From the sequence record NC_061451.1: DNA of 64,000 nucleotides. One strand, written 5' to 3'. Positions 54,245 to 62,514 of the stretch are shown here, piece after piece. Positions within the stretch are counted from its first letter, which is position 1. The number at the start of each line of letters is the position of its first letter. The notes under the pieces are model-generated. The model was not told where the DNA came from. It saw only the letters and a list, made by a program, of their open reading frames with translations, and did no database searches. Made by a program: the position numbers and the translations under genes.

Positions 54245-56211
54245 TCCAACTTATATTTACGTCGGAACTCTGCTAGACCCATGACAGGAATGCCTTTGTC
54301 CATGGCCTTCTGGAGTTTCGCAGAACCCGAGCCTGGGTCTTTGGCGATAAGAATGGTTGTATCTGCTTTCATGCTATCTGAGGCAGTACCACCAAGCTCA
54401 ACGATACGCTGCATCAGTTCACGATCACGAATGCCAGTGAATGCAACGTTAACGCCTTTCAGCTTAGAACTCTTCACCTGAACGCGCTTCGGTGCCACCA
54501 GCTTAACACCGATTTCATTCGCAAGCTGATACGCAGAGACACACGCAAGAGCAATGTCAGGTGATTTCGTTTTGATGCCGTGAATATCCGAGATAGCTTT
54601 AGCGAGCGCCAGAGGATTCTGTTTGCGCACTAGCTTGTCAAGGTCAGGCACGCTATCGACCACTTTATCAAACGTAGTGTTAGCGCCTCGCATGAAGTAC
54701 GGCGAGCACGCTTTAAGCCACGTATTGACAGCAACGCTTGAGCGTAATGCTTTGAGGTCTTTCGCAAGCTGAGCGCCACGCGAGTCACCAACCACTTCAC
54801 GCAGCACACTGATAGATGCAGCAAACAAACGGGCAGGCGTATCAATGCCAGACTCTACGAGCAGCTTCGACGTACTCGGTCCTGTGTTAGCAACATCCAA
54901 TCCTTTGAGGAATGAACTGAGCAGTCGAGTAGTGCCTACCTCAGTCTTGGTATTGATAACGAACTCAACGCCATTGACTTTGTATGGCACATCAGGCAGC
55001 TTTGGCTTCTTCGCAGGCTTGAGAATCTCCATGATGTATGGGATTACCTTACCGCTACGAATCAGCTTAACGGTAGCACCTGGGCCAAGAGGTTTCTTAG
55101 CGTGAGGTGCAGTCGCTTTGCCTTTAGGCTTGAGATAGCCGTGCTCAACATAGAATCCATTGTGACCATTAGCACGCTGCACAGTGACGCCGCCCGTCAT
55201 CAACGTCGGTGGGAAGATGATAACAGGCTGCAAGATACCGTACTTGGTTTCTTGGTAGATAACATCCTCTACCTTAACTATCACTGTGTCAGCTTCTGCA
55301 TTCATTTTAAACTTGAATGCGTGCTTTGGATTGGATGCAGTCGCTTTAGGGCTTGGTACATCTTCCGTGAGTACAACACCATCCAGCTCGTAGATAGCTT
55401 TAGACAGACGGCGCTCCAAGAACGCGATCAACTCATCTTCTGAATTGAAGCGCTTTGGTGGCGTATGCCTAACAACTTCGAATCCCCAGCGCTCCAGCAG
55501 GGCGAACTGCTTAGACTGTTTGAGTGTAGCACCATCACCGCCGATGATAGAAAAGCACACCATGCGGACGTACTTGAACTCGGATGCTGTTTCGAAGTTA
55601 CGCACAAGTCCCGACGCAGCGTTACGCGCAGCCTTGAAGCGACCACCAGCAGACTCATGCATCTTAGCCATGAATGTCTTTTGAGGAATGAGTGCCTCAA
55701 AGCGCAACACCGTCTGACCTCTGACTGGAATCTTTTTAGGGATTTTCATCGCAGGGATATGATGGGATACGTCTTTACCGTGAGTAGCATCACCACGAGT
55801 GTACGCCTTTACAGGGACACCGTCTTGATACACAATCTCAAGGCTCAAGCCATCGAGCTTGTCGGTTGCAACGTAGTCCACATCTTTCGACAGTGCTTTG
55901 GCAATCTGCTTCGAGCCAGCCTGAAACTGATTGAGACTTGCCATAGGTACAGGCAGCTTAACATCAGCATCATCACGCTGGCCAATCTTACGAGCCAGCT
56001 TCGACTTAGGCCATTTAGCGTCGATGTAGTTACGAATTGAATCGTACACTGCATCGCTCACCAGACCTTCATCATCCGTATGATATGCGTTGTCCAGAGC
56101 GGTTATTAAGTTACGCACTTGCGTCTGGTTCAAGGTGTCCAAGACCTTTTGAGGGTTCTTGGACAGTTGCTTGAGACTAACAGAGGCAGAAATAGAAAGC
56201 CTTACTTTCAT
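54241..56211 (-). CDS. ligA: NAD+-dependent DNA ligase
   Basis: Domain Ia YH...SDAVYD, KxDG motif TDKLDG, YTRGD, ELDGVV, AFKF, RANGHN, IRSGKVIP, HhH and C-terminal BRCT (AFTG.RD); no four-Cys zinc finger seen. Confidence 0.93.
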   Translation of the reverse strand: MKVRLSISASVSLKQLSKNPQKVLDTLNQTQVRNLITALDNAYHTDDEGLVSDAVYDSIRNYIDAKWPKSKLARKIGQRDDADVKLPVPMASLNQFQAGSKQIAKALSKDVDYVATDKLDGLSLEIVYQDGVPVKAYTRGDATHGKDVSHHIPAMKIPKKIPVRGQTVLRFEALIPQKTFMAKMHESAGGRFKAARNAASGLVRNFETASEFKYVRMVCFSIIGGDGATLKQSKQFALLERWGFEVVRHTPPKRFNSEDELIAFLERRLSKAIYELDGVVLTEDVPSPKATASNPKHAFKFKMNAEADTVIVKVEDVIYQETKYGILQPVIIFPPTLMTGGVTVQRANGHNGFYVEHGYLKPKGKATAPHAKKPLGPGATVKLIRSGKVIPYIMEILKPAKKPKLPDVPYKVNGVEFVINTKTEVGTTRLLSSFLKGLDVANTGPSTSKLLVESGIDTPARLFAASISVLREVVGDSRGAQLAKDLKALRSSVAVNTWLKACSPYFMRGANTTFDKVVDSVPDLDKLVRKQNPLALAKAISDIHGIKTKSPDIALACVSAYQLANEIGVKLVAPKRVQVKSSKLKGVNVAFTGIRDRELMQRIVELGGTASDSMKADTTILIAKDPGSGSAKLQKAMDKGIPVMGLAEFRRKYKLE

Positions 56212-56250
56212 GCTTTTCTCCGATCGACATTAACACTCTTGTTTACAGTG

Positions 56251-58197
56251 TTATGATGCGATAGGGTCCTTGTTGACCTCGTAATCTTCCGCCATGTCGT
56301 ACACGCGATTGAACAGCTTAGGCGCCATATCTTTCACATGCTCGGCATAGTCAAACAGGTTCTGCTTACGCGCACGATTGACACGTACCTGACGTACTTC
56401 GTCTGGGCTATTCGTAATGTCGTACAGCGTATACACAACGATGTTATCGGAGGAATTATGGGTGCTTACTTTGAGGACTACCCAATCGCGTTGCAGCTTA
56501 GCATCAGCCTTGAAGCGGAGGACGTCGCCCTCTTCGGCTTCATCTGCACGCGCATCAGGAGTAGACTTGTTAGTTGCGGCAATCTTCTTCGCAGTTTCAG
56601 CAGCTTCTTTCTCTGCCTCAGCCACATCAGAATCTTGGTCTTCATCCGCTTCTGTTTCGTCTACGGCGTCAGAGGTATCGTCAGCGGAGTCGTCGGCTTC
56701 TTCGTCGTCATCTCCAGACGTATCTTCCTCGTCATCTCCTCCGTCGTCGGCATCATCAGATTCCACATCGGAGTCGTCATCTGAATCGTCGGAGCTATCA
56801 TCCCCATCCTCATCATCAGACTCTGAATCGCTATCGTCAGCATCTTCTTCTGCATCTGAATCGTCCTCTTCCGTTTCGTCGTCTGGGTCAACGTCACCGC
56901 CTTCAGGGTCATCCTCTTCCAGCTCGGAGTCATCGTCGAGGTTAGCCTCTTCTGAGTCGTCTGGCTCATCATCCTTGGTTGAGTTCTTAGCAGAGCCGCC
57001 TTTCTTGCGAACCTTAGACTTAGGAGCAACTTCCTCTTCGTCATCATCTGGCTCATCAATGTCAGACAGGTCAAGCTCGGAATCGACTTCGTTGTCCGCG
57101 CTATCGTCACCACCGAACATAGAGCTAACGGTGTCTTCCAGACTGAACACATCACCTGCAAACGGGCTACGTTGAAGAATGTCTTCAAGGCGTTGCTCAT
57201 CGAGGTCCTGCTCAAGGTCCAGATGTTCTTCGATAGCATCATCGAGGTTTTCATGCTCAATGACTTTAGGCAGACGACGACGATCATTCAGGCCAGGGTC
57301 ATCAGAGTAGATGGTACGCTGAGGTCCTGTAGGCGCTTCAATCTCACCGTCACGCACTTTGCGTCTGAGGTCACGCATCTCTGCGCTACGCTCACGAGCT
57401 TTCTTACGTGCTTCCTGTGCGAGTTCCTTGCGCTGTTGTTTGCGCTCAAGGGCAGATGCCTCACGACCTAAACGTTCAGCTTCCTCAAGTTCACGGCCTT
57501 CGCGATGGCGAGCGCGACGAACCATACGACGATACTGTTTGATAGTATCAACATCAACACTACCAACAGGCCAGTCATTAAGAGGCAGAATGTTTGTGTC
57601 ATGCACAATCAGATCGTACTGGGCGTCATCGACTTTCAGGAACAGGCCTTCTGTGTTGATAACGATACCGCCTTTACCTTGACGCAAGAAACGCACGCCA
57701 ATCATATCGTTGCGGTACATCTTATAAATACCCTTTGTGGTCTTCACAGGATATTCATTGCCCGGCACCATGCGCCATTGATAGTTGGCAAAGTCAACGC
57801 CATACACAGCTTCTGACTTAACCGATTTCGGCATAAAGCGAGGAGCATCAAACAGGGTACGATTGATCTTACGCTCAAGGCTCTTAGCGCCCGCAACGCG
57901 TGCAGTAGTACCAGCCTCACGTTTAACCACAGCTGGTGGCTTACGCAACTTAGAGCTACGTTCAATGAGGAACAGACCTGTCGTTTTGTCGAGAGGGAAA
58001 TCGACGTGCGGCATATCTGGGAAAATCAGTGTATAACGACCACCATTCCTGAGTGGCAGAATACCAAAAGTGTCGCCATTACGAATCATACGTTTGTGTG
58101 ATCGCTGCGTCACCTCTCGTCCACGTGAACCAGTAAACTGCATCCACGCGTACTTCGATACGGCATCTTCATATGATGCGGATTCGGAGAGTACCAT
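56251..58197 (-). CDS. Large hypothetical protein with acidic tract, putative internal head protein
   Basis: Starts MVLSESAS, two copies of the shared domain, charged coiled coil, ~170-aa Asp/Glu tract. Confidence 0.65.
   Translation of the reverse strand: MVLSESASYEDAVSKYAWMQFTGSRGREVTQRSHKRMIRNGDTFGILPLRNGGRYTLIFPDMPHVDFPLDKTTGLFLIERSSKLRKPPAVVKREAGTTARVAGAKSLERKINRTLFDAPRFMPKSVKSEAVYGVDFANYQWRMVPGNEYPVKTTKGIYKMYRNDMIGVRFLRQGKGGIVINTEGLFLKVDDAQYDLIVHDTNILPLNDWPVGSVDVDTIKQYRRMVRRARHREGRELEEAERLGREASALERKQQRKELAQEARKKARERSAEMRDLRRKVRDGEIEAPTGPQRTIYSDDPGLNDRRRLPKVIEHENLDDAIEEHLDLEQDLDEQRLEDILQRSPFAGDVFSLEDTVSSMFGGDDSADNEVDSELDLSDIDEPDDDEEEVAPKSKVRKKGGSAKNSTKDDEPDDSEEANLDDDSELEEDDPEGGDVDPDDETEEDDSDAEEDADDSDSESDDEDGDDSSDDSDDDSDVESDDADDGGDDEEDTSGDDDEEADDSADDTSDAVDETEADEDQDSDVAEAEKEAAETAKKIAATNKSTPDARADEAEEGDVLRFKADAKLQRDWVVLKVSTHNSSDNIVVYTLYDITNSPDEVRQVRVNRARKQNLFDYAEHVKDMAPKLFNRVYDMAEDYEVNKDPIAS
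56600..57110 (-). repeat. Asp/Glu/Ser low-complexity coding tract
   Basis: Degenerate triplet periodicity (tcatc/tcgtc) encoding DDSDSESDDEDGDDSSDD... Confidence 0.8.
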
Positions 58198-58230
58198 GTT
58201 ATTGTCTCTTTGTTATACGAACGCTCATTG

Positions 58231-58238
58231 AAATTAGC
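58231..58238 (-). promoter_or_regulatory. Candidate late promoter GCTAATTT
   Basis: Exact motif 33 nt upstream of the 58197 start, right after a hairpin. Confidence 0.6.
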
Positions 58239-58250
58239 TTTTTGAGGGAA

Positions 58251-58270
58251 AGCGGGGATTATCCCCCGCT
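58251..58270 (-). terminator. Hairpin overlapping the stop codon of 58259..62452
   Basis: AGCGGGG-GATAAT-CCCCGCT followed by TTCCC; the TAA stop lies in the loop. Confidence 0.55.
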
Positions 58271-61200
58271 CATATAACCTCGTGCGGAACAAGACATAGA
58301 ACCACATGCAGAATCACACACGGTTACCTGTGCCCACGTCCATGCACCATTAGGCTGCTCGATAGCGTACACAGCAGACGCATCGAATCCCCAAACCTGA
58401 GTAGCATTTTGCAGCGCCTCCAGCTCAGTAGCGAAGTAACCCTCTTTGAGCGGTTCATCTCGCGTACCGTGATTAGGAGTTGCAGTCCACGTTTCAAACA
58501 CAGGACCTTTGACACGCACAGCACTGTTGGACGTAGCTTTACGCGCAGTAGGCACTTTAGCACGAACAACAGGACGAGCTGTAGTCTTAGGCGCACTTAC
58601 CTTAGCACGAACAGCATTAGCACTCACGACCTTGATAGGCGGGGCTGCCTCTGGATGTCCGATAGCCGCAGTAGGAACGTGTTTGATTCCCTCGTTTGAA
58701 GCCAGATACGCAGGCGCGGTAGCTTTGAACGCAATGCTATGCGGAACTACTGAATCAGCCACCAGCTTCAATTGATAGAACTGAGGACGTGATGGGTCAA
58801 TCAGATATTTCTGCGGAGCTTTCTGCCAGTCAGACGCAGCAGGACCTACGTGGTAGTAGACAGGGTTCGTATGGAAACGAACGAACGGTATCTCAGGCAT
58901 AAAGATTACTGCCGGATGATATACCGGGTCCACATACTTACCGACGATAGCCTTGACCTGATACGTCACTACCGAAGGCATCCACTGAGGACGTGCTGGG
59001 TCGATGTGATACGTTGTCGATGTAGACACATACACAGGCAGTGCAGTATCAGCAGCGTACAGGCCTGGCTGTTTGACGTACTGAGGTCGTGCACCTTCAA
59101 CGACGACATAAGAGTGATCGACTTTACGGCCAGGCGCAGCAGGAACATGATGCAGGCCAGGCTCAGGACGATACTTACCTTCTGTCTTAGGTGCTACAGC
59201 CAGAGTCTGCTTAACGTAACGCGGAGCAGCAATCTCGAATGAATCCCATGCAGCTTCCAAACTAAAGTGCGCATCGAACTCAGGGACAAACGCATCAGCT
59301 ACTGCCTTACTGCCTTGCGTCATCTCAAACAATGGGAACTCTGCAACAGAGTCCTTTTGTCCGAGTGTTGCTTCGAACAGAGGCATGTCTGTGACTGTGT
59401 GCTCTGTGCCTTGAGTCATTTCGAATAGCGGCATGTCCGTGACTGCGTGCTCGGTGCCCTGAGTCATTTCAAACAGATCAAACTCAGTTACACCATTAGA
59501 GCCTGCAACTGCTTCCGGTTTCATCAAAGGAGTTGTTTCGACAACATCCTTCTTACCTTCCACCAGCTCAAACAGAGGCATGTCCGTTACTGCTTTCTCT
59601 GTGCCTTCCACAAGTTCGAACAGGTCGAAATCGGTAACAACAATATCCGAACGAGCAATAAGATCTGCCATTCGGAAGTTATCAACGAAGTCTTTCTGAC
59701 CTGTATCAAACGCAGGACCTGCAACAGTTTCCGCATTGAACTCAGGTGCTACGAAGTTTCTGACAAGAGGCTCTGCGAGAACAACAGACGCGTCTTCGAA
59801 CTCAAACAGGTCAATGTAGTTAGCACTGTCTGTCTTAGTCGCGTACTCAACCTCGATCGAGGTAACGTTCTCCGTATGTGCTGCGACAAAGTGCTGGTCA
59901 ACGAACTGTGCTGTTTGCTCTCCCCACTCGTAGGTAGGGTCAACCGTCATGTCGTACAGCCAAGGCAGTGGTGCATTGCCCAGCATCAACGTATGCGGCT
60001 GATCGTGCGACGGCAGGCCGTAGATTTTCAGCATCGTGTCTGCGCATTCGAATGGACCTACAACGAGTCCTTGATTCTTATACACACCACGTACGTCCAG
60101 CTCTTGGACAACACGATTGCCGTCAACATCAAGCAGCAGACCTGCAGGCACTGTGATATACGTCCAAAAGTTATCTGGGATGTTATCAAAGAAAATGTCG
60201 CCGCTATCTGTCATGACGTAACGTTCGGCACGTTTTGTCTGTGGCACATCACCCAGCCACACCTTGTCAGCCCACACGTACCATTCGTAGTTGTGCTGCT
60301 CTGTGCTGAACTTGACAGTGTACTGAATGTTCTCTGTAGGCGTGAACTCAATCTGAGCCGTACCATTAGCAGGAACAGTTACTGTTTTACCGCCTGACAC
60401 AAACTTAGCATCGGTGTCAGTGATTGTCAGAACAAGAGCACTGGTGCCTGTATTGCGAATAACATCAGAACGTACAGGCTTACCGATAGGCGCGTATGCC
60501 CAGTGACGTCCTACATCCAGCACAGGCTCAACGATGGTATACACACCAAACGAGGAGCTTGTCTTGCCTACTTCAACGCTAATCTTTGTCGTGTTGTTTT
60601 GTTGCAGCACTTCGAAGCCAAGCGTCTGACCGTTACGAATAACAGCAGGCTGGGCAGTCTCTACGCCATCAACAAAGATCTTAACACGTTCATCAGTTGC
60701 TTCTTCACCATCCACCAGCACTGTGATAGGAACGGTAACGTTGATGCCGCTGATTGTCACATCTTCGGTGCGTGTCCACGTATCGTTCTCAACACCGACA
60801 ATGTTCTCCCACTTGAAAGCGTTAGGAGTATCATCGATTTTAGTTTCGAACTGATATACGGTGCGACCAATCGCTACAGGGAAAGATGTTCCTGTGATGT
60901 AAGCATGAGACAGCGTGACAGTAACTTCATCACCGTTGAACACATGCGTTACAGGCTTATCGCCGACAGTTGCAGATACAGACACACCAGCAGGAGCTGA
61001 GATAGCGAGAGGTAAGTCTGGATCTTCTGCCTGAACGGTCAACGTGAAACTAACAGTCGGACCTAGCTCAACACCATCCAGGTTTGGCCAGACAGTGTTG
61101 TAGTTGCGATAGTCGATGTGCTTCAGGTTGTTCGTAGGACGCGCTGCGTAATAGAACAGGCGGTCATACTGGTCAGCATCTGTATAAGGCGCATTGAACA

Positions 61201-62452
61201 GCGACAGCACAGGCCAGCCGTTACGCGTAGACGTAGCAACATCAGAACCACGAAGCGAACTGACAAGAGCATCCGTACCGTTAGTACACATACCCTTAGA
61301 CATATAGCCTGCATCAGTCCAAGCACCATCTGACCAATAGAACAGTCGATCACCGTTATCATTAGTACGACTACCGTGTCCAGCAAAGGACCAGCGCATC
61401 TCTATTGAATTAGGACGGTCTGGGTATGTTTCCGAGCGTGCAACATCATAGCCCACAGCAACAGTCGAACCAGTAGGAAACTGGAACCATAAGACGTCGG
61501 CTGGTGGGACATAGCTACCGTTATCAGACACGAAACCTACAAGCTCACCAGATGCAGTGGCGAGCATGTCTGTACCATCAGAGGCGTTGACGTAGAACTT
61601 ATCCGTCAGTACCTTAGTCTGATTGAAAGACGCATCGAGGTAATGTGCAGCACCGTCGCGGTCAAACACCACATAGCTGTCCGCAGTACCGTTAAGCGCG
61701 AAGTTAGCGCGACGATACACAACACGGTTGACCTTATACCCGAGTTCGATAGGGTCTGCCGTAGACGTCAGGGCTTCATCGAGAATATCGATATGACCAT
61801 CACGGTGGATCAGCACCAGACCTGTACGCTTGCCCGTAGAGTCAAACGTCACATGGTAGTGTGCGAGGTCAACGTCAGTCAGTGCGCTAAAGATCTTCGT
61901 GTTAGCCACAGCACCGTTGGTATACAAACAGTACAGAGTTTTGGCTTGGCGATCATACACGAACGACACACGCTTGGTAAGGTCAAACGGTGCGTATGCG
62001 AGATCACTGATTTTAACTACAGGCGATTGTTGCAATTCAGCCTGAGTAGGATTGCGTACACCACCACCAATAACAAGACCGTTGTACGTCGGGTTTAGGG
62101 ACGCACCAAGCGGCATTGCATCAACGCCTTGCGTGAAGAAGCGATAGTCCAGCGTCTTCTTGCGAGGTACGGTGAAGATACGAGAAGCTGAATGAACCAG
62201 CATCCAGTTGTCACCGTCTTTGTAATAGACGACTACAGGCTGGGTTGTTGTCTCATCAACAGTGATAGTTGCCTTGAGCGATACTGCATACACAGAACCA
62301 GTAGGCGTAATGTCAATCTGAGATGTGTTGTTGCTAAACGTACCACCAGCAACACGAAACGTCAGGACGTCGGTATGACCAGAAATCGTTACGCTATCTG
62401 ACCACGTAACTGGACCGCTGGCTTGCTCGACTACAGGAATCAATTCAGCCAT
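58259..62452 (-). CDS. Very large virion/fibre protein with Ig-like modules and short tandem peptide repeats
   Basis: 1397 aa; DTPNAFKW...VTISGIN modules; ~14-aa repeats (VTDMPLFEMTQGTEH; IDPARPQ; AVRAKV); Cys-rich C-terminus. Confidence 0.75.
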   Translation of the reverse strand: MAELIPVVEQASGPVTWSDSVTISGHTDVLTFRVAGGTFSNNTSQIDITPTGSVYAVSLKATITVDETTTQPVVVYYKDGDNWMLVHSASRIFTVPRKKTLDYRFFTQGVDAMPLGASLNPTYNGLVIGGGVRNPTQAELQQSPVVKISDLAYAPFDLTKRVSFVYDRQAKTLYCLYTNGAVANTKIFSALTDVDLAHYHVTFDSTGKRTGLVLIHRDGHIDILDEALTSTADPIELGYKVNRVVYRRANFALNGTADSYVVFDRDGAAHYLDASFNQTKVLTDKFYVNASDGTDMLATASGELVGFVSDNGSYVPPADVLWFQFPTGSTVAVGYDVARSETYPDRPNSIEMRWSFAGHGSRTNDNGDRLFYWSDGAWTDAGYMSKGMCTNGTDALVSSLRGSDVATSTRNGWPVLSLFNAPYTDADQYDRLFYYAARPTNNLKHIDYRNYNTVWPNLDGVELGPTVSFTLTVQAEDPDLPLAISAPAGVSVSATVGDKPVTHVFNGDEVTVTLSHAYITGTSFPVAIGRTVYQFETKIDDTPNAFKWENIVGVENDTWTRTEDVTISGINVTVPITVLVDGEEATDERVKIFVDGVETAQPAVIRNGQTLGFEVLQQNNTTKISVEVGKTSSSFGVYTIVEPVLDVGRHWAYAPIGKPVRSDVIRNTGTSALVLTITDTDAKFVSGGKTVTVPANGTAQIEFTPTENIQYTVKFSTEQHNYEWYVWADKVWLGDVPQTKRAERYVMTDSGDIFFDNIPDNFWTYITVPAGLLLDVDGNRVVQELDVRGVYKNQGLVVGPFECADTMLKIYGLPSHDQPHTLMLGNAPLPWLYDMTVDPTYEWGEQTAQFVDQHFVAAHTENVTSIEVEYATKTDSANYIDLFEFEDASVVLAEPLVRNFVAPEFNAETVAGPAFDTGQKDFVDNFRMADLIARSDIVVTDFDLFELVEGTEKAVTDMPLFELVEGKKDVVETTPLMKPEAVAGSNGVTEFDLFEMTQGTEHAVTDMPLFEMTQGTEHTVTDMPLFEATLGQKDSVAEFPLFEMTQGSKAVADAFVPEFDAHFSLEAAWDSFEIAAPRYVKQTLAVAPKTEGKYRPEPGLHHVPAAPGRKVDHSYVVVEGARPQYVKQPGLYAADTALPVYVSTSTTYHIDPARPQWMPSVVTYQVKAIVGKYVDPVYHPAVIFMPEIPFVRFHTNPVYYHVGPAASDWQKAPQKYLIDPSRPQFYQLKLVADSVVPHSIAFKATAPAYLASNEGIKHVPTAAIGHPEAAPPIKVVSANAVRAKVSAPKTTARPVVRAKVPTARKATSNSAVRVKGPVFETWTATPNHGTRDEPLKEGYFATELEALQNATQVWGFDASAVYAIEQPNGAWTWAQVTVCDSACGSMSCSARGYMSGG
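59270..59640 (-). repeat. Tandem ~42-nt coding repeat (V-T-D-M-P-L-F-E-x-x-x-G-x-x)
   Basis: About seven units; DNA-level similarity such as ggcatgtccgtgactgcgtgctc / ggcatgtctgtgactgtgtgctc. Confidence 0.85.
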
Positions 62453-62477
62453 TGCTTTTCCTCACGATGTAGAAACT

Positions 62478-62501
62478 AAAAAGGGCGGCCGAAGCCACCC
62501 T
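62478..62501 (-). terminator. Intrinsic terminator after 62515..63687
   Basis: AGGGTGGC-TTCG-GCCGCCCT-TTTT. Confidence 0.85.
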
Positions 62502-62514
62502 GTGAGGAATAGGC

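Noticed and set aside
59270-59640. Near-identical repeats in a fibre gene as a possible DGR template/variable pair or invertible shufflon
   Set aside because: The repeats are in-frame tandem units, mismatches are not confined to adenines, and no reverse transcriptase, invertase or inverted crossover sites are in the window
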